Made by a program: the position numbers and the translations under genes
Shown here: positions 9,672 through 18,797 of the stretch, in pieces
Numbering within the stretch: position 1 is the stretch's first letter
Layout: every line of letters starts with the position of its first letter
Assembly (NCBI GenBank): GCA_047602425.1
Contig: JASGHG010000001.1
Span: forward strand, 4,064,001-4,128,000
DNA length: 64,000 nt
Source: Nibricoccus sp.
GTDB lineage: Bacteria > Verrucomicrobiota > Verrucomicrobiia > Opitutales > Opitutaceae
Direction: 5' to 3'
Notes under the pieces: model-generated
What the model saw: the letters and a program-made list of their open reading frames with translations, nothing else
Database searches by the model: none
Told to the model about the DNA's origin: nothing

Positions 9672-10511
9672 TTACTTTTTTCCGGCGAGAAGGGCGGCGA
9701 CGATCATGAGTCCGCCGCCGAGGAGCAGGCGCGTCAGATCCGTGGACTCGCCGAAGAAGAGAAGCGAGCAGGCGACGGCGAGGGGGATTTTTGCGTTGTT
9801 GAAAACGGCCAGCAATCCCGTGCTCACACGTGTGCTGCCGTAATTCCAGCCGAAGAAACACAGGCCCGATGCAACCACGCCGAGGTAGAGGAGCGTCCAG
9901 AGCTGGCCGGAGGTGAGGGTGGGCAGGGCAAAATTGCCTTGGTACAATGCCAACGGTAGGGTGAGCGCGAAGCCGCCAGCGTAGAGCAGCGCGAAAATAT
10001 TGCGGTCGATCAAGGCGGGATTGGCGAGTCGTATCCGCCGATAGAATACTTGTCCGACAGCGAACGTGATGTTCGATGACTGGACGAGTAGAATGCCCTT
10101 CAAATCGGCGGAGGGAGCTGCGTTTTTGAAAATCACCACGGCCGCGCCCGCCACGGCGATCAGCGCGGCGAGCAATGCGCGCCAGCGAAAAGTTTTTTCC
10201 AGGGCATCGGCGGCGACGGTGACGAAGATCGGCGTGGTGAGCGTGAAGAGAGCGACCTCGTGTGCTGGCAGAAATTTGAAACTCGCGTTGTAGGCGAGAT
10301 ACATCAGCCCGAACTGCACGGCACCGACAAGAAGAAGCGAAACCGTTTGCGAAGTTTTTACTCCACGCAAACGCAGAAACGGCAGGAAGACCAACATCGC
10401 CAGCCCAAGACGCACCGCCGAAATAAAACTCGCATCCAACCCAGCCAGCCGCCCTTTGATCAATCCAAAGGAAAACGCCCAGACAAACGAAACAATCAGC
10501 AGGAGAATCAT
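9672..10511 (-). CDS. EamA/DMT family transporter
   Basis: About 10 TM helices in two EamA halves (WAFSFGLIK..R; LLYLGVVASG); start placed at ATG 10511. Confidence 0.88.
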   Translation of the reverse strand: MILLLIVSFVWAFSFGLIKGRLAGLDASFISAVRLGLAMLVFLPFLRLRGVKTSQTVSLLLVGAVQFGLMYLAYNASFKFLPAHEVALFTLTTPIFVTVAADALEKTFRWRALLAALIAVAGAAVVIFKNAAPSADLKGILLVQSSNITFAVGQVFYRRIRLANPALIDRNIFALLYAGGFALTLPLALYQGNFALPTLTSGQLWTLLYLGVVASGLCFFGWNYGSTRVSTGLLAVFNNAKIPLAVACSLLFFGESTDLTRLLLGGGLMIVAALLAGKK

Positions 10512-10533
10512 TGGGATTTCGGGATAAAACCGC

Positions 10534-10796
10534 TTGTCATCTATTGGACGACAAACGGCTTGGAGCGTCATGGGATTGTGGATGCTAAGGAGTGATTCGG
10601 CATACGAGACCTTGTCATTCAATAGATGACAAACGGTTTTGGAACGTTTTGGTTTTGTCCGTAACGAGGAGTGGTTCGGCTTGCGGAGGCCTTGTCACTT
10701 AATCGATGACAAACGTTTGAGGTTTTGCGGGCGGTTCATGGGGGCGGATGGCGAAGTGGTTTGGCGAAAGACCGGTTGTCATTTAATGGATGACAA
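10534..10796. repeat. Cluster of four 21-bp palindromes TTGTCAY-N7-AYGACAA with unique ~60-bp spacers
   Basis: Copies start at 10534, 10612, 10692 and 10776. Confidence 0.9.
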
Positions 10797-10845
10797 GCGA
10801 TTTTGTAGGGCGGGAGATTTGGCGATGACAGGTGGTAGTGGTCGG

Positions 10846-12540
10846 TTAGACGCGGAAGATCGCGCCGAGTTTTTTGCCGAGGAGAATGCTCAGACCCACA
10901 ATCGCAACTCCGAGGAAGGCCATGGCCCAGACGCCGAGCGCGCTGGCGATGAACTTGCCATCGCCGAGCAGTTCGAAGAGCGCCATGATCGCTTTCGTGA
11001 TTGGATAGTAGACTTGTTTTTGCGCGAGGATGAGCGAATCGCTGACTTCGAGCATCGCGAAACAAAACGCGAGCAGGCCGCCAGCGATGAGATTGGCGGT
11101 GATGAGCGGTAGCGTGGCGCGGAAAGTGGCCTTGAGCGGCGGGGCGCCGAGGTTTTGCGCGGCTTCTTCGAGCGTGACACTGGTTTGTTCGAAGCCGGCC
11201 GCGGCCGAGCGCACGACGTAGGGCAGACGGCGGACCGAGTAGGCGATGATAAGCAGGATCGTGGGGTTGTTGATCGGATTGAGGAAATGGAAAAAGCGGC
11301 CGGGCTGGCTCATCGCGAGATAACCAAACGCCAGAACTATGCCAGGCACAGCGAGAGGCAGCATCGAGAGAAAATCGAGGGCGTGGCGGGCGACGAATTT
11401 GGTGCGCACGATGACCCATGCAATCGCGATACCGAGCACGATGTCGATCAGCGTCGAGATGCTGGCGAACTTCAGGCTGTTCGCGATGGCGGGCACGGTG
11501 AGATCGTGGCCGAGCGCGATGCGGAAATTTTCCAACGTATATTGGTGCGGCACGATGCTGTTGTACCAATCGCTCGAAAACGCCACGAGCACCACGCCGA
11601 TATGCGGCATGACCGCGGCGAGTGTGACGCCACTGAAGAGCGCGGTGCAAAACCACTGGCGACGCTTTGAGACGACGCGTGGTCCGCCGGTGCTCGTGGC
11701 CTTGGCCATCATCGCGTGGCCTTGGTGTCCGAAGAGTCCTTTGCCGAGCGCGTAAAGCCCAACCGTGCTCGCGAGCATCACGGTGACGAGGGCGTAAGGC
11801 AGGGGATTGCTGCCAATGTCTTTCAGGCCGTAATAAATTTGGACCGACGTGACGCGTGGGTAATCGAAAATGAGCGGCACGCCGAGTTCGGTGAAGGCCC
11901 AGACAAACACGATGGTGCCGCCGGCAAAAAGTCCCGGGCGGATGAGCGGCAGCGTGATTTTGCAGAAACGGCGGAAACCGGTGCAGCCGAGATTTTGCGC
12001 GGCTTCTTCCATCGCGGGATCGATGTTGGCCAGCGCGGCGACGGAATTGATGTAAACAATCGGATAGAGCGAAAGCGCCTGGATGATCGCTACGCCCCAA
12101 AACTGATTCGCCGCAAACCAGTCAAAGGTCCAACCCTCGGGCCGCAGGCCGAGCGAAACGATGAAGGCGTTGACCGCGCCGTACTGGCCGAAAATTTGTT
12201 TGATGCCGATGGCGCCGACGAAGGGCGGCAAAATCATCGGCACGAGTACGAGCGAGCTCAGAATGTTTTTCCCGGGAAAAATAAAACGATCCGAAATAAA
12301 CGCCAGAGGCAACGCGATGGCGAAGGCCAGCGTGGTCGTGGCGCAGGCGAGCAGGAAGGAGTTGATCAGTCCCCCGCGGTAGAGCGGATCGGCGAGCACC
12401 GTGACGAGGAAGCGTGTAGTGACATCGCCATTGGCGTCGATGAAGCCGGCCTTGAGGATCTGGAAAATTGGCCACAAAAAAAACGTGGCGAAAAACGCCA
12501 CCGTTACGACCAGGACGATGCGGGCAAAATTCTGCGACAT
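10846..12540 (-). CDS. Fe3+/thiamine-type ABC transporter permease (FbpB-like, duplicated TMD)
   Basis: Two EAA loops (MEEAAQNLG, LEEAAQNLG); about 12 TM helices. Confidence 0.88.
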   Translation of the reverse strand: MSQNFARIVLVVTVAFFATFFLWPIFQILKAGFIDANGDVTTRFLVTVLADPLYRGGLINSFLLACATTTLAFAIALPLAFISDRFIFPGKNILSSLVLVPMILPPFVGAIGIKQIFGQYGAVNAFIVSLGLRPEGWTFDWFAANQFWGVAIIQALSLYPIVYINSVAALANIDPAMEEAAQNLGCTGFRRFCKITLPLIRPGLFAGGTIVFVWAFTELGVPLIFDYPRVTSVQIYYGLKDIGSNPLPYALVTVMLASTVGLYALGKGLFGHQGHAMMAKATSTGGPRVVSKRRQWFCTALFSGVTLAAVMPHIGVVLVAFSSDWYNSIVPHQYTLENFRIALGHDLTVPAIANSLKFASISTLIDIVLGIAIAWVIVRTKFVARHALDFLSMLPLAVPGIVLAFGYLAMSQPGRFFHFLNPINNPTILLIIAYSVRRLPYVVRSAAAGFEQTSVTLEEAAQNLGAPPLKATFRATLPLITANLIAGGLLAFCFAMLEVSDSLILAQKQVYYPITKAIMALFELLGDGKFIASALGVWAMAFLGVAIVGLSILLGKKLGAIFRV

Positions 12541-12664
12541 CGGCGGGCAAGTAAGACGGATTCAGCGTCGCGGGAAAGCGGGAAATGGGCTGCCGGTGCG
12601 TCTGCGCAAACATTCATGTGATCCAGGTGAGTGGGCGCCCAAGTCGCACGATGATCGCATCTGT

Positions 12665-12795
12665 CCGCGCAAGTGCACGCTGTCAGTTCGCGAACTTCCG
12701 GGCGTTCCGCGTGAAGTTCCGCCTCGTCCGCGTGACCTCCCGGGGCTTCCGCGCAGCCTCCCGCCTCGTTCGCGTGACCTGCCGGGCTCGTATCG
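12665..12795. repeat. Degenerate 21-bp tandem repeat (about 6 units)
   Basis: CCGCGTGAAGTTCCGCCTCGT / CCGCGTGACCTCCCGGGGCTT / CCGCGCAGCCTCCCGCCTCGT / TCGCGTGACCTGCCGGGCTCG. Confidence 0.75.
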
Positions 12796-12886
12796 CGAAC
12801 GTTTCAGCCTGTTTTTTGACGTTTTAGGCCTATTTCGGGCCAATCCGGCCCAGTTTTTACAGGACTAGATGCAATCGTCTCTCAGA

Positions 12887-12979
12887 GGTGGAGCGAGGCG
12901 TCCTCGACTCGCTGGTTTGGCTACGACGCGAAAGAGTTTGCGACGTCGCAGAACGCGTCGAGGGACGCCGCGTTCCACC
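12887..12979. repeat. REP-like inverted doublet (GGTGGA...TCCACC)
   Basis: GGTGGAGCGAGGCGTCCTCGACTCGCT versus reverse complement of AACGCGTCGAGGGACGCCGCGTTCCACC. Confidence 0.75.
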
Positions 12980-13069
12980 CGCAGCAAAGGTAATCTTGTC
13001 GCACCCGCAGTCCGGGCGAGATCAGCAGTTGCGCGGCTGTGGCCAACGCCCACACGCGGGCGGAGATAA

Positions 13070-13096
13070 CGGACGGGCCGGCGGTCCGTCCCTACC
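13070..13096 (-). repeat. GTAG-type REP-like palindrome
   Basis: Minus strand GGTAGGGACGGACCGCCGGCCCGTCCG; related copies at 42462-42522 and 45027-45051. Confidence 0.8.
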
Positions 13097-13109
13097 TTAC
13101 AAACCAAAA

Positions 13110-13538
13110 TCACACATTCAGCGCGCCGTGTTCGTCGAAGGTGAACATGGGGGCGCAGGCGACTTCCCAATAATAGCCGTCGGGGTCGGTGAAGTAGCCG
13201 CTGTGGTCGCCCCAGAAGACGTCTTGTGCAGGCTTCACGATTTTGCCGCCGGCTTTTTCGGCGAGCGCGAGAACTTGGGCGACTTCTTCTTTCGTGCGGG
13301 CATTGTGGGCTATCGTGATGCCGCCGAAGCCGCCTTTGGACGGGTGAAGGTCGGGCGAGATGTCTTCGGCGAGTTTTTCGAGCGGGTAAAGCGAGAGCCG
13401 CGTGCCGGAGGTTTGGAAAAACGCGATGGGGTCTCCCTCTTTTGCTTCGGTCGGGAAACCGAGTCCGTCACGGTAAAAGCGCAAGGAACGATCGAGGTCC
13501 TTCACGCCGAGAGCGATGATGCTGATGCGGGGTTCCAT
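13110..13538 (-). CDS. VOC/glyoxalase family protein
   Basis: ISIIALGVKDL..FY, SGYFTDPDGYYWEV. Confidence 0.9.
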   Translation of the reverse strand: MEPRISIIALGVKDLDRSLRFYRDGLGFPTEAKEGDPIAFFQTSGTRLSLYPLEKLAEDISPDLHPSKGGFGGITIAHNARTKEEVAQVLALAEKAGGKIVKPAQDVFWGDHSGYFTDPDGYYWEVACAPMFTFDEHGALNV

Positions 13539-13587
13539 GGGGGAAAGGTCAAAGGCTTCTGGCTACCAACGAACGCTAGCGAGACAG

Positions 13588-13950
13588 TTATAATGAGAGC
13601 GTCTGATTTGCTTGTTCTGCATCAGATGTGAATTGCTCAAGTTCGTTAAGCGCCACCAAGAATCCAGTGGGGGAAGCAGCGTGACTATCTGGAGAAGGAT
13701 TTTTTCTGTAAGCTGAGACGTATTTGTGAACCGCCTGAAAGAAGAGCTTCTTTTTATTTTCCGGCAACTCACGCAGATCAAGGTGTTGGCCCCACTGAGC
13801 AGCGTGGCTTTCTGCGGAGAGTTCCGTGCCCAATTCTTCGCCACCCGGTATGCTCTTCAACTCTGCACAAATGCCGTCGCGCGCAGTCCGATATACCCAT
13901 CCAGCCTTTCCCCAGAATACTTTTTCTGAGAATTTGATTCCTCCACTCAT
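13588..13950 (-). CDS. Hypothetical protein, AT-richer than its neighbours
   Basis: 120-aa ORF with ATG, co-oriented and filling the argA-VOC gap. Confidence 0.6.
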   Translation of the reverse strand: MSGGIKFSEKVFWGKAGWVYRTARDGICAELKSIPGGEELGTELSAESHAAQWGQHLDLRELPENKKKLFFQAVHKYVSAYRKNPSPDSHAASPTGFLVALNELEQFTSDAEQANQTLSL

Positions 13951-13980
13951 GAGTACTCGGTGATCGAGTTTAGAAAGCCC

Positions 13981-15309
13981 TCACAATTTCTTCACCAGGA
14001 CCTTGGCGTTGCGGCCGCTTTCTTCGTACAACTTTAACCGTGCTTCGGGGAGGGTTTCTTTGTCGGTTTCCTCGAAGTTGAGGACGGAGGTGAAGAAGCC
14101 GTAGCTTTGCGTGGAGAGGGCGATGACTTTTTTGGCGCCGCGTTCCTTTGCCATCAGGCAAGCGTAGTCGACCATCTTCCGGCCGATGTTCCGGTTTTGA
14201 TAAAACGGCAAAACGTAGAGCGAGCCGACTTCGGCCAGCGTGGGTTTGTCGGGATAAAAATAGAGCGAGACGCAGGCGATGATGTTCTCGTCGATTTCGA
14301 AGACGAAGAACTGGTCGATGTTTTTCTCGATGGCCTGTTGCGTGCGATGGAGCAGCTCTTCGCGGCGGACGGCGCCGCGTGTGAGATTGTAGATCTGGCG
14401 GACGTCCCGGCGCGTGGCGGTGCGGATTTGTTGGTAATCGTTTCCGTAGACGAGCGTGCCGACGCCTTCGTTGGAAAAGATTTCGTTGATCAGGCCGTCG
14501 AAGATGCGGCCATCGACTACGTGGACGCGCGGCGTGCCGGTCTCGATGGCCTTGATGGCGTGAAGCGCCTTGCTTTGCACGGGAGCGCTGACGCGTTCGG
14601 GGTGGTCCTTGAGGATGTCGCGCAGGGCTTCGACGGTGATGTCGCGTTTGACTTCGCCATCGATCACGAGACCGGGTTGCGGCGTGAGAAAAACAATCTT
14701 GGTGGCGTGGAGCGCCTCGGCGAGTTCGGCGGCGAGCAGATCGGAGTTGATGCGGAGCGAGCGTCCGTCGGGACCGAACCCGATGGGAGAGACAATCGGG
14801 ACGATGCTCTTGTCGATCAGGCTGAGGACGAAATCGGTGTCGACGCGTTCGACCTTGCCGGTGAACTGCTGATCAACGCCGCGCAGGATGCCGCAGGGGA
14901 GCGAGCGAATGGCGTTGGTGACGGCGCATTTTAGGTTGTTTTGCGTGAGGCCTTCGATCAGCGCATGCGAGACACGGGAGGAAGCGCGGATGGCGAGATC
15001 GAGCGTGGCGGCATCGGTCACGCCGGTGCCAAAGGCGTCGGTGATGGGAATGTTCCGCATTGCCGATAGTTCCTGGATCTGGTGGCTGATGCCGTGGACG
15101 AGCACGACCTTGATCGAGAGACTGCGGAGGACGGCGATATCGACGAGGAGGTTGCCAAAATTTTCGTCGGCCACAATGGCGCCATCGATGGCGATGACGA
15201 AGATTTGGTCCTTGAAGCGCGGAACGTATTTGAGGATGCCGCGGAGATCGGTGGGCTTGATCGTCGTGGCGGTGGCCGTCGTAGGCGGGTTGTTGGCGCT
15301 GTTGCTCAT
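13981..15309 (-). CDS. argA: Amino-acid N-acetyltransferase (AAK + GNAT)
   Basis: AAK-like domain (VLVHG, GVDQQFTGKVE, RVHVVDG..GLINEIFSNEGVGT) plus C-terminal GNAT ending SGRNAKV. Confidence 0.92.
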   Translation of the reverse strand: MSNSANNPPTTATATTIKPTDLRGILKYVPRFKDQIFVIAIDGAIVADENFGNLLVDIAVLRSLSIKVVLVHGISHQIQELSAMRNIPITDAFGTGVTDAATLDLAIRASSRVSHALIEGLTQNNLKCAVTNAIRSLPCGILRGVDQQFTGKVERVDTDFVLSLIDKSIVPIVSPIGFGPDGRSLRINSDLLAAELAEALHATKIVFLTPQPGLVIDGEVKRDITVEALRDILKDHPERVSAPVQSKALHAIKAIETGTPRVHVVDGRIFDGLINEIFSNEGVGTLVYGNDYQQIRTATRRDVRQIYNLTRGAVRREELLHRTQQAIEKNIDQFFVFEIDENIIACVSLYFYPDKPTLAEVGSLYVLPFYQNRNIGRKMVDYACLMAKERGAKKVIALSTQSYGFFTSVLNFEETDKETLPEARLKLYEESGRNAKVLVKKL

Positions 15310-15561
15310 CGCAGTGCCATGTTTCTCGACGATGCGAGGGGCGGCGTCAATGCGGGGGTTTGGGCGGTCGGCCGATTCGAGGGGTCACGTTGCGCTGTGC
15401 AGGCCCGAAGTTTTTTTCCGAAGAAATGAACCGGCCGACAGAAAAAGCCAACGGGGCTTTCCCGAAGGTAAAGTTGCGGGCAATGGACTTCGCGATTGGT
15501 TAAGGCGGCAACAGTCTTGGAGGCCGGCGCGCGAATGAGAAAGTGGGTATATGACCCGCAG

Positions 15562-16065
15562 CTACGGTAGGGCTTCGAGATCGGTGAGGGGGACTTTGAC
15601 GAGAAGGCCTTGTTGAAGGACGTCGACGCAGATGATGATGCCGTTGGGATTGGCGGGATCGTCGATGACGCCTTCGACGCCACGCAGCGGGTCGCCGATG
15701 ACCTTGGCGCGGGCACCACGCTTGATCATCGGGTAAAGACTGAGAGTGAAGCCCGACGACACGAGCGTGCGGACCTCGCCGAGTTGGTGGAGGAGGAGCG
15801 CCTCGTCGTCGACCGGGATGGCGCGGGCGAGCAAGTCTTGCTGATAAATGCGGGCCTTTAGTTCGGTCGGCACCTGGACAAAAACATAACCAGGGAAAAG
15901 CGGCTTGGTGAAACGCTTCGTTTCCTTCGCGTAGCGGCGAACGCTCTCGATGAGCGGCAGGTAATGCTCGAATTTCTCCGCGGCCATGAGGGCGGCGAAT
16001 TTCTTTTCGCAACGGGGTTTGGTATGACAGACGAGCCAGCTGGCGTCTGGCGAAGACGTATTCAC
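15562..16065 (-). CDS. Specialised NusG paralogue (UpxY/RfaH/LoaP-like antiterminator)
   Basis: WLVCHTKPRCEKK, PLFPGYVFV (NGN domain) plus KOW-like C-terminus. Confidence 0.85.
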   Translation of the reverse strand: MNTSSPDASWLVCHTKPRCEKKFAALMAAEKFEHYLPLIESVRRYAKETKRFTKPLFPGYVFVQVPTELKARIYQQDLLARAIPVDDEALLLHQLGEVRTLVSSGFTLSLYPMIKRGARAKVIGDPLRGVEGVIDDPANPNGIIICVDVLQQGLLVKVPLTDLEALP

Positions 16066-16086
16066 GGAGTGGAGACGTGGAAACTT

Positions 16087-16515
16087 TTAACGCTTCAGCA
16101 GGAAGCGCACGGCGGCGAAGTACCCTTCAAGGCCAAGGCCGGTGATGACGGCGAGGCAGGCCGGGGCGGTATAGGAGACGTGGCGGAAATCCTCGCGCTT
16201 GTAGATGTTGGAAATATGGACTTCGACGGCGGAAAGTTTTGAACCGAGCAGCGCGTCGCGAAGGGCAACACTGGTGTGGGTGAAGGCGCCGCCATTGAGC
16301 ACGAGGCCGTCGAACTTGGCGTCGGCGAGTGCGGCGATTTTGTCGATGAGCGCGCCCTCGTGATTGGACTGAAAAAATTCGAGTTCGGCTTTGCCGTCGA
16401 ATTCCGCGCGCATCATTTTCTCCAGATCGGCCAGCGTGGTCGAACCATAGATCTCGGGTTCGCGTTTGCCGAGGCGGTCGAGATTGGGCCCGTTGAGGAT
16501 GGCGATCTTTTTCAT
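16087..16515 (-). CDS. aroQ: Type II 3-dehydroquinate dehydratase
   Basis: LNGPNL..LGKREPEIYG, QSNHEG, HTSVALRDA, EVHISN. Confidence 0.97.
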   Translation of the reverse strand: MKKIAILNGPNLDRLGKREPEIYGSTTLADLEKMMRAEFDGKAELEFFQSNHEGALIDKIAALADAKFDGLVLNGGAFTHTSVALRDALLGSKLSAVEVHISNIYKREDFRHVSYTAPACLAVITGLGLEGYFAAVRFLLKR

Positions 16516-16645
16516 GATGAGACGACTGTTGCGAAATCTCGGAGGCTGGGGAAGCTGGAAATTATCGTGCAGGCCCTATCAACCGTAATACCCTGCAACT
16601 TCCTCGAAAGAATCGCTGAGTAAATTTTGTATCTCGCGAACCGTT

Positions 16646-16746
16646 GTGTAGTCTATTAAATGACAAACGGCATGTGGGAGCCGACATGCTGCTACAGGAG
16701 GAGAAGAATGCTGTTAAAAACACGTTTGTCATTTAATAGATGACAA
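16646..16746. repeat. Second cluster (two copies, 80 bp apart) of the 21-bp palindrome
   Basis: gtgtagtctattaaatgacaa (16646-16666) and ttgtcatttaatagatgacaa (16726-16746). Confidence 0.85.
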
Positions 16747-16797
16747 ATGTCTGGGGAGAAAGGGACGGCGTAGGAACCGAGGGCTAGAGGAATTGCG

Positions 16798-17550
16798 TTA
16801 CAACGGGTTTTCCGTGGTGATGAATTCCCAGGGGAGGTTGAACTTGGCGGAGAGTTCGGCGGCGAGGGCTTTGACGGCGTGGACTTCGGTGGCGTAGTGG
16901 CCGCAGAGGAAAAGATTGAGTTTGTTTTCCTGGGCGAAGTTGAACCATTCCTCGCGGAGTTCGCCGGTGACGAGGGTATCGACACCTTCCCGCGGGAGCT
17001 CGGGCAGGGCGCTGTTGCCGCCGCCGCTGCAAAAGGCGATGGCGGAAGGTTTGGCATTGCCGCATTCGATGGCGATGACGCGCGAATAGAGTTTTTGGAG
17101 GCGGGCTTTTAGTTCGGCCCGCGTTTCCTTGTGCTCGGCGATCCAGCCGATGGGCTCGCCATCGCGAATAAGGAACGGTCGGGTGGGCGTGAGATTGAGT
17201 TCGCGGGCGAGCAGGGCGTTGTTGCCGATTTCAGGGTGTCCATCGAGAGGCAAATGGTTCGAATAGAGCGCGCAATTACCCTTGATGAGTGTGGCGACAC
17301 GTTCGTAGACCGGCCCGGTGATCGGGCGCGGCATGTCCCAATACATGCCATGGTGCACGACGAGAAAATCGACGCCGGCGGCGACGGCTTTTTGGAAGGG
17401 TACGACGCCTGCGTCGACGGCGGCGCCGATTTTGGTGACCTGGCCATCATTGGCAACTTGCAGGTCGTTGAAGGCGCCGGGCGCGTCCTTGAACGCGGCG
17501 CGGCGGGTGCGTTGATCGCAATAGTCGACGAGTTCTTGCAGGGTGGCCAT
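16798..17550 (-). CDS. Nif3/YbgI (DUF34) dinuclear metal-centre protein
   Basis: VHHG, HLPLDGHPEIGNN, TGE, GHYATE; start placed at ATG 17550. Confidence 0.92.
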   Translation of the reverse strand: MATLQELVDYCDQRTRRAAFKDAPGAFNDLQVANDGQVTKIGAAVDAGVVPFQKAVAAGVDFLVVHHGMYWDMPRPITGPVYERVATLIKGNCALYSNHLPLDGHPEIGNNALLARELNLTPTRPFLIRDGEPIGWIAEHKETRAELKARLQKLYSRVIAIECGNAKPSAIAFCSGGGNSALPELPREGVDTLVTGELREEWFNFAQENKLNLFLCGHYATEVHAVKALAAELSAKFNLPWEFITTENPL

Positions 17551-17758
17551 GGGCAACGGTGTCAGCGAGGGGAACGGAGGGTCAAGAGTGGCGTGGCAGA
17601 AACCGGCGAACCATTTTACAGAAGGTAACGAAGAGCTTGGAGTCGGGAGGGATCGGGATTGCAGGCGGTGGTAGGGACGCAAGCTGCAGGGAATCAGAGA
17701 TCCTTCGTTTCGGTGGATATTTTTCTGAAATCTCCGGAGATTGTTTTTAGGCGGCGAA

Positions 17759-18691
17759 TCAGCGCAGCCGCATGACTTTGGCGGCGTCTTTGCGAGCCTC
17801 TTCAACTTGGGAACCTGAAAAAAGTTCGGCTCCAACCAACAGCCTGAGGCGAACGCCGAGTTCGGATTTCGCCCATTCGGGTGGAAGGCGCGAAAGGGCA
17901 AGCCAGGCGTCGCCGGTTCGATAGGGTTTTTTTGCCATGGCGGCGAAAGCCTCGATCATGAGGTCGGCCGGCGTGGCTGGGATTTGATTGTCGAATTGGG
18001 CGTCAGAACTCGTTAGGCAACGGGCGGCGCCCTCCTTGACATTTCGGTCACCGCTTTCCCGGACGTAAATTTCGTAGTTGCGATCGAATGCGAGCTGGCG
18101 GCGCTGGGGAGTTTCGAGGGCGGAGAGCTGGATCGGCAGTCTGATGTTTTTTGCGATCCTCGGCGGTACGTCCGGATCGGCGGGATCGACCACGAGAACG
18201 TCGAAGGGAGGCATGCCGTTTTCGCAGTCGATCAGGGGGTTGAGATAACGGGTGATGCCGACGGGGGAGGTCAAAATGAGGCGCCGTTCCGTGGGAGGAA
18301 ATCCGATGTGCTGTTTAAACACCTCGTCGAGGGGTGATGAGAGCGTTTCGGTTTCGGAGGGCAATTTCCGCTGAAGAACAATCTTTGCCGGGCCGGCGAT
18401 ATCCTCGGCTTTGCCGGTGTCGGTGTGGATCAGTTTGATTTTTGAGCCGTTGGGGATGCTGACGGGTTCGTCAGAATGAAGGGCGACGGGTGCGGCGATT
18501 TTTTTCGCCGGCCACCAGGAAAGCTTCACGCGACTGTCGTTGTCGATGGGGACTAGGTAAGCGGCGACGGGAGAGCCGACGTTTTTTTTGCGATAAAGGG
18601 ACAATCCCGCAACGATGCCGAGTCCCGCCAGCAACACCGCGAGGACAATCCAGATGAGCGTGCGGCGTGCGTTTTTGGCGGGGGCGGTCAT
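17759..18691 (-). CDS. Hypothetical membrane-anchored protein
   Basis: Single N-terminal TM helix, 310 aa, GC3-rich codons. Confidence 0.65.
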   Translation of the reverse strand: MTAPAKNARRTLIWIVLAVLLAGLGIVAGLSLYRKKNVGSPVAAYLVPIDNDSRVKLSWWPAKKIAAPVALHSDEPVSIPNGSKIKLIHTDTGKAEDIAGPAKIVLQRKLPSETETLSSPLDEVFKQHIGFPPTERRLILTSPVGITRYLNPLIDCENGMPPFDVLVVDPADPDVPPRIAKNIRLPIQLSALETPQRRQLAFDRNYEIYVRESGDRNVKEGAARCLTSSDAQFDNQIPATPADLMIEAFAAMAKKPYRTGDAWLALSRLPPEWAKSELGVRLRLLVGAELFSGSQVEEARKDAAKVMRLR

Positions 18692-18797
18692 GGTTTTTGG
18701 GTGGCGATTTGGCGGGTGGTGAACGGGAAACGGTCTGGATACGGGGTGGTTGCGATTCTCTATCGCTTTTTGTGCACACTTTTTCAAGCTGCGCGCG

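Noticed and set aside
10534..10796. CRISPR array
   Set aside because: Repeats are only 21 bp, variable in the core and mixed in orientation; spacers are ~60 bp; no leader or cas gene; the motif is dispersed elsewhere.
10639..11112. ORF with repeated CHLxDDKR peptide (and the N-terminal extension of ORF 9672-10622)
   Set aside because: It is the translation of the DNA palindromes and overlaps the ABC permease antisense.
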